A stretch of 63,634 nt of DNA, counting the filler, from Octopus bimaculoides (lineage: Eukaryota), in assembly GCF_001194135.2 (NCBI RefSeq). It is 4 parts of 4 records of this genome, joined end to end, with 100 filler letters (N's around TTAATTAATTAA, not from the genome) between each part and the next. Parts side by side here need not be neighbours in the genome. Positions count along the whole stretch, not along the records: positions 32,356 to 59,908 come from NC_068989.1; positions 60,009 to 63,634 come from NC_068985.1; 2 more parts are not named here. The stretch is one strand, 5' to 3'. A program made the translations under genes and the position numbers. Positions 51,457 through 63,634 of this stretch are shown here, one piece after another; positions within the stretch are counted from its first letter, which is position 1, and the number at the start of each line of letters is the position of its first letter. The notes beneath the pieces are model-generated. The model was not told where the DNA came from and did not search any database. It saw only the letters and a list, made by a program, of their open reading frames with translations.

Positions 51457-51868
51457 ATTATTTACATTTGACAGATATTTGTCCTCATCTTTGTTGTTAA
51501 CACAAAGTTTCGGCTGATATACCTACCAACCTTCATCAGGTCTTCTGGGGAAATTTCGAACCTGGGTTCTCATTCCTATGGTATTTTTCGATGTTATTAT
51601 TATTGGTTATTATTAGTGGTTAAAAGTGCCCACGAGCATATGACGTAGTGGTTAAGAGTGCGGGCTACTAACCCCAAAATTCCGAGTTCGGTTCCAGGCA
51701 GTGATCCGAATAATAATAATCTCAATAACATCGAAAAATACCTTAGGAATGAGAACCCAGGTTCGAAATTTCCCCAAGACACCTGATGATGGCTGGAGGG
51801 TATATCAGCCGAAACGTTGTGTTAACAACAAACAAAATGAGGACAAATATCCGTCAAATGTAAATAAT
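51457..51868. mobile_element. tRNA-headed SINE with hammerhead-containing tail, plus an upstream inverted copy of the tail
   Basis: A-box TGACGTAGTGG (51641) and B-box GAGTTCGGTTCC (51684), (TAA)n, tail 51724-51868. 51457-51600 is the reverse complement of the tail. Confidence 0.8.
51778..51823 (+). ncRNA. Putative minimal type I hammerhead ribozyme with canonical core
   Basis: GACAC / CTGATGA / T / GGCTG-GAGGGTATAT-CAGCC / GAAACGT-T / GTGTT. Helix I 5 bp, helix II 5 bp, palindromic ACGU helix III, GUU triplet. Confidence 0.7.
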
Positions 51869-52785
51869 GCACATAATACTTCATCTCTTAAATATAGAGC
51901 TGTATTACCTTTTATAATTTCGACCAAAACAATTATTATTCTATACTCTTATAAATTTCTTAGACATTAGCTTGCCACTGACAATCACAAACCAAATAAT
52001 AGACTTTACAAAATACTCATATGCGTTAGTAAAGCTTCTCTCCATCCACGTATAATTTTTCCAAAAGTAGAACTTTCCGTCTGTCGTTGAATACAAAGGG
52101 ATGTTCAACTATAGGACTCTGTAATACTATATAGCATTACAAGCTAGCACATTCTAAGACCAGTTCACGTATTTAAAATGCAGAATTTATCTCCATTCGT
52201 AATTAAAATGTATTTAAGTACGACGGGCGGTAAATTTAAAGAACTTCAACCAAACTTCTTTCTTCAGAAACATAAGAAAAAAGAATTATGCGTTTAGAAT
52301 TGAAAGAAAGTACGATTGCATTCTATGTTGAAAAAGAAAAGCGTCGAAAGATAACGATCGTATATTACATTACAAAAAGGTGCTGGTTATGCATTGCTGA
52401 GAAGAACCACATACTTAACAATATGTATACCAACTGGGTCCCTCTAAAAGAATGTCATAAAAGTCAAATATGCTGGATTAGAATTCTTCAGCAAAACTTC
52501 GTAGGGAATGAGTGTTTTGGGGGGGTCTTTATTTTTTTTTTAGCAAACAAGAGAAAACTGCAAGTAGCGATGTAAGAATGACAATCGAATATGGCAGAAG
52601 CTGGTGTTTCGAAATAAAATATGCAGAGGTATGTTTGTGTTTGCTGGAGGCATAAATTATGCGTGAGGCTGCTGTCGCTGTTTATTCACAAAAGTCGTTT
52701 TTGATACTCCTGTATTCGTTCTGCTCACCCTACCCTTCGTTCTCTCCCCTATATGTGTGTGTGTGTGTCTTTCTGGCTCTGCAAA

Positions 52786-52849
<64 letters not shown>

Positions 52850-52885
52850 TATATATATATGTATATATATATGTATGTATGTATG

Positions 52886-52992
<107 letters not shown>

Positions 52993-54886
52993 TTAGAAAG
53001 AGAGCAAGACCGAGATAGAGGGATGGAGGGGGGTGAAAGAAAGGAATGGAATGAAGGAACAGCAAGAGGGTATTTGTGAATGAATCCCGACAAAACTGTC
53101 TCACCTATAGAACGTGCAGAACGATTTTGCCGTGCAAAATGATGATGATAATAATAATAATGATAATAATGATAATAATAAATAAATAAATAAATAGATA
53201 AATAAATGCAAAAATGTTCTTTTCCTCCAAAATTAGATTTAATGAAAAGTCAACCAGTTAACCCGCTACAATAATAATAACCCCCTTGATATCTTTAATC
53301 TATAAATACCCGGGGTATTGCTCACCCTCGTTACGCTTTAGTTTAATTAAGTAACATGCTGATTTATTGGAAGAAGAAGAAGAAGAAGAGGGGGAAGAGG
53401 AGTAGGTGAAGGAGGGGGTGCAGCAGCAGCAGCAGCAGCAGCAAGAAGAGAAAGAGGGGGTGAATGAACTCTTTTTATCTTTTGACAAGCAACGTCACTA
53501 CAGAAGAAAGTAATATGAATCAGTTAATATGAAAAATAACTAATTTCGCCTCCGTCATTAATCTGAAAACAGATGGAAATATGTCTGCGGAGAAGAAGAA
53601 ATAAAACGGAAAGATTGGAGATATAAATATAAATAGAGGAGAAGGCGAGGTTGACTGCTGTTCTTGTTGTTGGTGGTGCTGCTGGTGTTGTTACTGGTGC
53701 TGTTGTTGTTGCTGTTGTTGTGGAGCTCCACTTCAGCCTAGATCGCAATAGATTTATGACTAACGGCATTCCAACCGTGACTATTCCATCCTTTTTAATG
53801 AGGTCGTCCAGAACAACACGCTCCGCTGTGCCTCTTTCCCCTTATCTAAGCCGATAAGGAAGGCGGGTGAGCCGGCGGAAATACTTAGCGCGTCGAACAA
53901 AATGCTTAGCGGTATTTCTTTCGGCTCTGAGTCAAAATTCTGTGTAGATCAACTTTGCCTTTCGTCTTCTCAGGATCGATAAAATAAATACCATTTGAAC
54001 ACGTAGGGGTGGGGGCAGGAAATCTAACCATTCTCTTCAAAATGATTGTCCTTGTGCTAAAATTTGAAAGAATTCAAAACGGTGGGGACGGCAGCGAGCT
54101 GGAAGAATTATTAGCGCGTCGAACAAAATGCTTAGCGGCATTTCTTCCAACTCTTTGCGTTCAACTTCATCTTTCAGCCTTTCAAGGTCGATAAAATAAA
54201 TATCACTTGAGCACACTGCGGTCGATGTAATCGTAGTGCTCCCTCCTCACCAAATTACTGGCCTTGTGCAAAAATTTGAAGCCATTTTATACGGTAAGGT
54301 GATGTAGTTTATGAAAGAATTAGCTGCTATTTCTAGTAAATTGGGTGACCATGAAGAGAAACCCTTGTTGGCGTCTGTACCTATGGCTGCTGTAGATATG
54401 GTAGTGGTGGTGGTGGTGGTGGTGGTGGTGGTGGTGGTAGAGAGGGCTGACCCTTAGCGTTACTCACCTAAATTACATGTACCTCCTCTCTGCACGAGTC
54501 ACCTCCCTTATGTTTTCTCTATTTCAATCCAGTGAGTATTCAATTTCACACTGTATGGTTTCATAGTAATATGCTTATAATAACGACTTTCCAGAATGGT
54601 TGTATTTCTGTAGTAGATGTCTCTCCTTCTTTTCTCTTTCTCCCTCTTTCATTCACACACAGACACACACTCACTCCCTCACACACACACTCTCTCTCTC
54701 TCTCACTCTCTCGTTCTTTCTTTTTTCTTTCTTTCTCTATATATTGCGCCTCTATATGCATATGAATATACGTATGTTTACATGTATACACAGCGCGTCC
54801 CATAAATAATGCAGAGTTTAAACACTTTTACGCAAGCTATATGGGAATCCATGATGAGTATATGTGAGCGCGCATGTAATTATAAG

Positions 54887-54930
<44 letters not shown>

Positions 54931-55429
54931 CATTCCCGCGCGCGCGCGCGTGTATGTGTGTGAATAAATGTGAATTCTGAAAATCATATGCAATGTGTTC
55001 AGTAAATATATATTTAGTACCCCTATGAATATATAGATATATATATAACCTGCAAATAAATTATACGAGCCTCGCCAGGTGAGACCGAGTATTGTCCGAT
55101 TACTATCGCTTTTCAGGTCTTCATAGGACTTGCAACCATAATGAATTTTCAAGGAGAATGATTATTATATTAAGCAATTTCTACATAGGCGCAGGCGTAG
55201 CTATGTAGTAAGAAGCTTGCTTTCCACCCACATAGTTCCGGGTTCAGTCCCAATGCGTGACACCTTGGGCGAGTGTCTTCTAATATAGCTTGTGAGTGGA
55301 TTTGATAGACGGAAATTGAAAGAAGCGAGTCGTATATATATATATATATATATATATATGAGTCTAGGACAATTACCCCCGCGGGGGTAATTGTCCTTGG
55401 GGGTAATTGTCCCCATACATACATACATA

Positions 55430-55460
<31 letters not shown>

Positions 55461-56309
55461 NNNNNNNNNNNNNNNNNNNNNNNNNNNNNNNNNNNNNNNN
55501 NNNNNNNNNNNNNNNNNNNNNNNNNNNNNNNNNNNNNNNNNNNNNNNNNNNNNNNNNNNNNNNNNNNNNNNNNNNNNNNNNNNNNNNNNNNNNNNNNNNN
55601 NNNNNNNNNNNNNNNNNNNNNNNNNNNNNNNNNNNNNNNNNNNNNNNNNNNNNNNNNNNNNCACACACACACACACACACACGCAAAGCCATTGAAGTCA
55701 TCCAACTTTTATACAATGACTTCTCATTCATGCTTATATAAATGCTCACTTACAAATATACATTGTTCGGTGCTTAATGTTCCTCCTAAATGCCGTCTTT
55801 ACTGCGTCGCACCGAGTTTCGACAACACTCACTACTCTGACAGTCAGGTAAAACGAAACCATGTTAACTTAAGTTTTGGCAAATACTACGAAATACCCCC
55901 ACCACATCACGTAACCCTGCACACTTTTGCTAATATCATGTTTAACACCTTATTACGTTTGCTTGGTATGTGATATGAGGACGGTAGAAGTGATGTGACT
56001 GACCCATTTGCCAAATGGTTTTTTGTGACACCTACGCAACGGACGTCTTTTTCTTATTTTAAAGACAACGCATCTCATATTACATTTACACGCACAAAGA
56101 AACGCACGCGCTTCCCCCTCATGTATGTGGGTGCATGCGTATGTATACACACACACGCACGCATGCACGCGCGCGCACACACACACACACACATATTTGA
56201 GATCAGAGTGGCTTTCTCCTTGTCTAGTTGCTCAAAAGTTACTGAGCCCAGGTTTTGCCCTATGAGTAAGTAGATGCTTTCTGGCACTGAATCTTGGGCT
56301 TGGTACTGA

Positions 56310-56925
56310 AAGCACATCAGTCAGCTTCACGCTTATCATATGCGATCTCCAACATAAAACCGAGCGACCATTTATAACAGTGAGGTACTTACAAACTGCA
56401 ACATATCAGGTATTGAAGCCATTCTTATCAAAATACAGCTTAAATGGTTAGATCATCTCTCACGTATGAGCGACATCAGAATTTCGAAGCAACTTCTTTT
56501 TGGGTAATTCCCAACAGAAAAGTCAGTTGGAAGGCCACTCTTGCGCTTCAAAGACAAACTAAAACACAACGATGCAACATTCCCTTTTTTTCCTGGGAAA
56601 ACAAAGCAGCAGAACACAGGGCCTGACGCCAGTCCTACTTCTCAGCAGTTCAAAGATTTGAGTAAAATGGACTCCAACATCGGGACCAACTTCGTGCAAG
56701 CATGAAGACACTCTGACGAAACGCTGCTTCTCTAAATAGAAATCTTACCTGTCAGTGTGGTTTTGTGGCACGAAGCGAAGAAGGCCTTGCTGCCCACTCA
56801 TGAAAACACATAATAAATAATCGACAAACACTCAAGCAGAGTCCTCAACTTGTTCCATTTGCCAAAAGGTTTGCAAGGCATCAACAGGCCTCAAGAGGCG
56901 CACATTCGTGTCCATAAAACATGAT
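56310..56925 (+). mobile_element. RTE (BovB-like) LINE 3' fragment with C2H2-like zinc-finger remnants
   Basis: NSEVL..CNISGIEAILIKIQLKWLDHLSRMSDIRISKQLLFG...GRPLLRFKDKLK...TCQCGFVARSEEGLAAH and TCSICQKVCKASTGLKR. Confidence 0.8.
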
Positions 56926-57730
56926 TAATGTTCTATTTTGCTGAACTTTCATTTTCTACAAATAATAGCATAAAAGACACTCTCGGATTAAAAGAAAAAC
57001 ACTAAAGTTACCTATGGGATACGAATTTACATCTCTAATAAACATGAGAGTCGTTCTATCGTCGGACCAGAGCAATCCTAAATATTTTAGAAACTTCTTT
57101 CTTACCAGCGAGAGATGTACGTAATGAACTTTCGAGAGAACGGGAAATAATTCAACAACACATAACTCTGGTAACAATAAAGTTTCTAAGCATAGATAAA
57201 TTCGAAGGATTGCTTCGTTCCAGTGTTAGAACGCCTGTCACAACCATAGGAGTGTGAGTTCGAGTCCCACGGGCTGATTTCGAATGTTTATATTAGAATG
57301 GTTTAATTTAATTTGATATTTATATATGTGTTTTGTGATCCAATGCTCCCATATATATATATNNNNNNNNNNNNNNNNNNNNNNNNNNNNNNNNNNNNNN
57401 NNNNNNNNNNNNNNNNNNNNNNNNNNNNNNNNNNNNNNNNNATATAAATGTCACTCTCCTCTGTCAGTGTTTATATACATATACATAGATACATCTTTGT
57501 ATAAATATATACACCACACACACGCCTCTATATGTATATAAATATATATATATAAATATATATATAGGTAGATATATATATATATATATATATATATAGG
57601 TGTGGCGTTACATTAAATAAGTATCAAAAATTGAGCAGAATTGCGACAAAAAAAAAACGACCAGAAAATTCACACACAAGACATGGAGATGCTCCGTTGC
57701 CGTGCATCTGTTCAATTTTTGAAACACACA

Positions 57731-57772
<42 letters not shown>

Positions 57773-58476
57773 TATATACGCACAAACATGACTAACTTTT
57801 TATATTTGATTTGTCTGTAAGCCTGTCTGTGCGCATAGATGAGTGTGTGTGTGAGCGTAGATTATTGTATACGTGTGTGTACGCGTGCATATGTCTCACA
57901 GTTTGCTTGGTAAACATCTGGTTTATAGTACCCTTTTTTTTCTTTCTACTACGCAGTCACGTACCATTTACTTACCATTTACTTACCCAGATGTTGTTGT
58001 TTATAATCAGAAACTGTGCTGGAATGACTTCATGCTTTTAATTCCGGATTCAGAAAGATGTCTGAAATTCTGCAGGTTTTAATATAGGCGTGGATGCGTG
58101 TTAGAAACTTAAATGATAGGCACCAGGTAGGGTCAAAATTGAAAACAGCCCTTTTAGCCAAATAAGTATCATGCGTACCGAAATACATCCAGTGAGATAT
58201 TCAGGTTATGTATAGAGAGAATTTTAAAAACGTTATGAGTATTTTAATAGCTCATGTGCTAATCAAAGAGAGTACGTCGTATTGGTCGTGTGTCATTAGG
58301 TATATTCAAGAATATCTGACGGGTCGGGGGTCGAGTGATGTGTATTATGAACAAATAAACATATAACAAAACGTCACTATTAAAAAAATCAATTAAAGAA
58401 ATCCCCTGAAAACAGCTGTAGTCAAGTGACGCGCATCCGTCGATTTGTTATTTATTTTTTGTGTGTGTGTGCGCAC

Positions 58477-58512
<36 letters not shown>

Positions 58513-58687
58513 GACAGGTTTCTCTCAGTTTCCGTCTACCAAATCCACTCACAAGGCTTTGGTCGGCCCGAAGCTATAGAAGAAGACACCTGCCTAAGGT
58601 GTCTCGTAGTGGAATTGAACCCGAAACCATGTTGTTGGGAAGCAAGATTTTTACTACACAGCCACGCCTAGGCCTATATGCAGGGTT

Positions 58688-58895
58688 GACTAAAAGTCAC
58701 CCAACAGTAAATCAAAATTCCACAAATACTATCTGTAATTCTGTATTGACTCGAATGGAAAAATGCGTCACTCAAGGATTTCAGTTTGAACAATTTTCAT
58801 GATGCTTCATATTTAGATTCTTTTATTAAATTCCTTCAGCTGTTAAATAAATCTTGGAATTAAATGGTTTTGATTTACTCAGGTGACTTTTAGCC
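58688..58895. mobile_element. ~208-bp MITE with ~30-bp imperfect TIRs
   Basis: CTAAAAGTCACC..AGTAAATCAAAA (58690-58718) versus TTTTGATTTACT..GGTGACTTTTAG (58868-58893). Confidence 0.65.
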
Positions 58896-60164
58896 AACAC
58901 TACACACACACACACATACATATGGGTTTAGAGTCTGAAGAAACGCTGCAAAGAGCTAAGCGCTTTATGGTGGTGAAACTCAGGATAAACTTGTAGACCA
59001 GCCATATCTATCTTTCTCTCTATCTCTCTAACTATATATATATATATATATATATACACGCACATACATTTTAGCATCCACGTGACAAGTCGTTTTCATT
59101 CCTATTTACATTTTAGTTTAGGAAGGAGGCGTTGTAGAAGCAATTTATTGTTCAATGTTTCTTTGCTTCATTGAAAGACGAATACTTGTAACAGCCCACC
59201 CAGGTAAATAGAAAGTAAATTATTTTAGCAGATGAAAATATTTTGGAAAAGACAATAAACTGATAAAGGAATATTAAGGAATATAAACACCCACACGCAT
59301 TTGTAATATACAATATATGTATATATATATATCATTTACATGTATATATATGTGCGTGTGTGTAGAGAGAGAGAGAGAGACAGAGAGAGACATGTATGCG
59401 CTTGTATGTATATAAGCATAAACCCGTGATGAAGGGAATGTTCTTTATGTTGCTTGTCTCGTTTCTTTATTTGTTTCTTTCGTTGTTCCAAAAAAATTTT
59501 TTGTTTTGTTTGTTTTTGTTTTTTATGTTCTCGTTTCTCATTTTGTTCACGTTTTTTTTTTAATGTCCTGTACCCATATATGCATGTATATATACATATA
59601 TATGTAGGTATGTACATATATGTAAGGATATATGCATATGTTTATATATGTAGACGCGTGTACATGGAGAGATTGAGAAAGAAAAATACATGAGGCAAGA
59701 GAGAAAGAAAGAAAGAAAGAAAGAAAGGAAGGGAGAAAAAATAATGGTGACTGAAAATTTTGGGAAGTAGGGGTTAGTTGAGAGACATGAATAACTGAAG
59801 GCACGAAAAAATGGGGTAGAGATAGTGGTAGCGGTGATGGCAGTGGTGGTGGGTTTGCTAGGAGTGGTGGTGGTGGTGGGTTTGCTAGGAGTGGTGGTGG
59901 TGGTGGGTNNNNNNNNNNNNNNNNNNNNNNNNNNNNNNNNNNNNNNNNNNNNTTAATTAATTAANNNNNNNNNNNNNNNNNNNNNNNNNNNNNNNNNNNN
60001 NNNNNNNNAGACTATTATAACCTCTATGTTTATTGTTACTATTATCCTTACTTTTATGGTTTCCTATTTTATCTTGTTTTATGTTATCGCAATTTATTCT
60101 ATAATCTCTATCATTAGTCCCCATAATTCGTGTATGGTCGGGTTGTGTATCGACTGATGAGTTC

Positions 60165-61116
60165 GTGCCAAAGGATGTTAGTCCTTGCCTATCCTTAATG
60201 TTGGCCAGCTTTATTTTTAATTTTGTATCATGTATATACTCTACATTTTTCGTAAAGCCGCTTCGCTTTAAGGCATTGTTATATATTGGTGCATATTTAT
60301 TAAATACATTTTCATTTGCCGATAGATTTGATATACGGATAGAGGCTGCGGTTACTATACTATTAATTGTTGATCTAGGGTGATTGGATGGTCCAGTGTT
60401 ACGTCTAGAAAATGTGTTGTCCTAGGATTACACTCATATATAATGTTTAGGTTATAGTAGTCTTTTAAATATGCCCTCAGATCTTTCTTCAATCTCTCAA
60501 TCTGAGGTTTTAAGTGATTAGAGACGATGTATAACACATCACCTCTATATATACCTCAAAATAGTGAGGGAAACTGTCTTTTGATTTTATCCAACAAAAA
60601 TAGTCCCACTAGGTCTGTTATTTGGGCAGAATCGGAGGATCCCATGATAATATCGAAAAGGTTGAAAGAATCAGTTTTGGACCAGTGCTGGTTTGCATAA
60701 TTAATAAGAGTCATACGAGCCGCTTGAATAATATCAATGTCTCAGCTTGAAATTTCAATATACTTGCGGGCGAAAATAATTGCCTTATTTAATAAAATTG
60801 GGGAGATCAAAGAGTAATAATTTGAAATATCGAACTGTACGAAGGATGAAGTTTTATGATGTTCATGTTTATGGAACCAGACAATAACATCATTTGTTGA
60901 TTCCCATAAAGGGAGTTGTGTTTTTTTGTTTATCACTGGTATAATCCGATCTAGAATACATTTGCTAATCCTACCCAAGTCCGATTTAGTTGGGCAGATT
61001 AGGCGTATTGTTGGTTTGGCAAGGAAGTCATTCTTATGGTCCTTTATCTGGTTCGCCCCTCCCTTCTCACTAAGAGTAAGAGGTCTCCCTAAATTATTTT
61101 TTAAAATATTAAACAA
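60165..61116 (-). mobile_element. Penelope-like RT fragment (resembles the Naiad type), degenerate
   Basis: IKDHKNDFLAKPTIRLICPTKSDLGRISKCILDRI...VQFDISNYYSLI..LL..A...FDIIMGSSDSAQITDLVGLFLL...DVTLD...RISNLS....F....Y..AL..SG...NILW. Confidence 0.8.
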
Positions 61117-61628
61117 ACATTTCCCTGATGAAGGGAGTGTCTAATCTCTAACATGAGTACAACACCATATTAATAGACACATCTCAGAAACTTTTATATT
61201 CTATGTTTTTTTGTTTTGTTTTTTATTCTGTCCTAATGTACACGTTTTTAACATAATAATTGTAAATTTATAACTTCATCATACCATATATATTTACCCA
61301 TTATATGTTATATCATAATGTATATTTACATAATGTATATTTACATAATGTATATTAACTTTAATTTGTCATATTTTTATACAACTTAGAAATCATGCAT
61401 ATTTATAAATATTCTTTTAATAAATATTTTGAACATTCATGATATTTCTAAAGTTTTTATTGTTGTATTTGCTGGTCTTTTTACCGTACCTTTTAGACAC
61501 TTTAGAGACTGAATACTATAAATTCATTTATTGATTCTTGAAGAAATTGAACACACATATTGTATCTTACGTTGGACATATGGTATTGTTCCTGTGATTT
61601 TCCACCCTTATGTATCCATTTTACAATA

Positions 61629-61668
<40 letters not shown>

Positions 61669-61867
61669 TTTTTTATTTTTTTATGNNNNNNNNNNNNNNN
61701 NNNNNNNNNNNNNNNNNNNNNNNNNNNNNNNNNNNNNNNNNNNNNNNNNNNNNNNNNNNNNNNNNNNNNNNNNNNNNNNNNNNNNNNNNNNNNNNNNNNN
61801 NNNNNNNNNNNNNNNNNNNNNNNNNNNNNNNNNNNNNNNNNNNNNNNNNNNNNNNNNNNNNNNNNNN

Positions 61868-63490
61868 CTGCCCTAAACTGTGTCTCATTTCGAGCCATTG
61901 GTTCGTCTGGTATCGTGGAGAGGAAAGCGTCGAGTTTTGTCTTGAAGACCTCCACATCCGTGTCTTGCAGGTAATGGATTCAGTCTTTTTCTGCTGAGTG
62001 CTATTGTCAGAGAAATCAGCTGGGTTCTTTATCTGCATGTGACTCAGAGGAGAAGTGAAGACACTCTTGAATTGTGCACTGAGCACTTCACTTATCCATG
62101 TGGGATCCGCAGTCAGTGAGCCATTAGGCAGGAATAGGNNNNNNNNNNGCACTTCACTTATCCATGTGGGATCCGCAGTCAGTGAGCCATTAGGCAGGAA
62201 TAGGGGTCCTATCTTATACTGTACCGTAGCTGTCTATTTTGCAAATCTATAGAAAGCCTTGGGGTTTGTTTTTATGCTTTCTACTGCTCTCTTCTCCTTC
62301 TCAGCTTTCTCCTTTTTATGGGAGAGTTAAATCGTGTTTTCTATTTCCAACAGTGTTAGTTTTAATTTAGCCCTTTTCCTATCCCCCAGTTCTCTATTTA
62401 ACTGGTTTGAGACCTTTGTTCTGTGTCTCATAAGGATTTTCCTGTCTCTAGGAATTCTATTGGCATGTTTGCTGGCCTTTCTATATGGCACGTATTTGGT
62501 GCATATGTCTTGTATAGTTGACATAAAATGACTTAGTTTGAGGTCATTGTCTTGTATAGAAAGGCTGTCAAGTCAGTTTAGATTTCGAATCTCTCTTCGA
62601 ATTGACTTCCAGTCCGCCCTGTGGAAATTCAGGTTGGATATTGCTTGAGTCCTCCTGATGGGGTGGGTGTCAGTGGGTTGCCTAGGACCATACATAGTTA
62701 ATTCTATAATGTTATGATCTGAGAGAGATGTGGGCGTTATTTTCACATTATGGATTAGGCTCACATTGTTTGTGAAGCAGAGATCTAAAATATTGCTTCC
62801 TCTGGTTGGTTGGAGTATCACTTGTTCCATGAACAGCATGTGGGATAGTTCTAACAAAGACTTTACCTGGCTTTGTTAATGCAGTGACATCCCAAAGAGG
62901 ATGTGACCTTCAGGCCATTTAACATTTGGGAGGTTAAAGTCGCCTAGGAAAAGTACATTGATGTGTTGGTCCAAATTTGTCAAAACCTCTTCTATGCGTC
63001 TGAGGCTGTCCTCAAATTTACCCTCCTGCTTTGCGGTATTTGGTGGACGGTATGTTGAGCATGCAACTACATCAATTTGTTTTATGTGTACTATTAAAGT
63101 ATCACAGATAGAGTTTGAGTGTGATAGGAGTAGTAGGGGTGTGACATCTTCTCGGATGTACATTGCAACTCCCCCATGACTTCTATCCGTACTGTATGTT
63201 CGGAGCACGGCATTCTCTGATATGTTTATCTCCGCATCTGCTATATTAGGTGTTAGATGCGTTTCAGTAAGCACCATGCATATTGCTTGATTGCATGTAA
63301 CTAGGTTTTTCAAGTATAGAATCTTGTCGTTGCCGCCTGTTCGTAATAGGACCCGGATATTCAGTAGGAATATGGGTGTGCTATCTGTGCAGGGGTTCCT
63401 GGTGTTAGCGGTGGCCATCCCTGATCCATCATCTGTGGTGGTGTTCGACAATGGTTCGTGTGGCGTTGACTCTATACCCTCTGCATCCAC
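61868..63490 (-). mobile_element. CR1-group LINE ORF2: APE endonuclease + linker joined directly to the C-terminus (RT absent)
   Basis: LNIR, LTETHL, GGVAMYI, YRPP, LGDFNLP, QPTRGSNILDLCFTN, SDHN, then ISEVLSAQFKSVFT. 61868-61972 differs from 2332-2436 at one base. Confidence 0.9.
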
Positions 63491-63633
63491 GTTAACTGTT
63501 GTACCATTTTCTGGGCTATGCTTAAAAAAGCTTGCTGGTCAGCTGCTGCAGTTCGTACAGCCTCTGCATACAGCCTTTTGCTGGAAGCAGAAGGAATATA
63601 CGGACTTCTCTCTTTGTGAGTCCTGTTGGTATT
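63472..63633 (-). CDS. Probable C-terminus of the LINE ORF1, overlapping the ORF2 start (runs off window)
   Basis: Open frame ...KRLYAEAVRTAAADQQAFLSIAQKMVQQLTWMQRV* directly upstream of, and in a different frame from, the endonuclease ORF. Confidence 0.45.
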   Translation of the reverse strand, partial: NTNRTHKERSPYIPSASSKRLYAEAVRTAAADQQAFLSIAQKMVQQLTWMQRV

Positions 63634-63634
63634 C

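Noticed and set aside
51628-51708. tRNA gene
   Set aside because: Has A/B boxes and an anticodon-like arm but no proper acceptor stem; treated as a SINE head. The same applies to 57240-57275.
54798-54815. Third mariner copy
   Set aside because: Only an 18-bp TIR-like remnant with no body.
57624-57722. 16-bp inverted repeat
   Set aside because: Too short to classify; no TSD or second copy.
61120-61160. Hammerhead at CTGATGAAGGGAG
   Set aside because: GAAA and helix I partner are missing.
62083-62204. 56-bp direct duplication
   Set aside because: Exact copies flank a 10-N gap: an unmerged contig overlap.

Overview
This is repeat-dominated, AT-rich animal genomic DNA with many N gaps. The SINE families and extreme microsatellite density look cephalopod (Octopus-like); this is inferred, not verified by search. 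No complete host gene, rRNA, true tRNA or CRISPR array is supported, and most ORF-track entries are microsatellite or N-gap artefacts. Recognisable content: three SINE families; two degenerate DD34D mariners (one interrupted by a Tx1/L1-like LINE with a 12-bp TSD); a deleted DD37D-like element; a Merlin (IS1595-like) transposase remnant; CR1-group, Tx1, RTE and R4/Dong LINE pieces; Penelope-like GIY-YIG and RT fragments; and several MITEs and Helitron-like ends. The most notable signal is a set of minimal type I hammerhead-ribozyme folds in four unrelated repeat families, each with a palindromic helix III. They include a 352-bp tandem retrozyme-like repeat (~10 kb) and a tRNA-headed SINE carrying a hammerhead (~51.8 kb); long foldback palindromes occur in one of these families and in other repeats. 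A CpG-depleted domain (~3.7-20.7 kb), next to a promoter-like NRF1/ETS cluster and several splice-bounded segments, hints at a cryptic host transcript. Repeat boundaries were set by eye and are approximate; all folds were parsed by hand.
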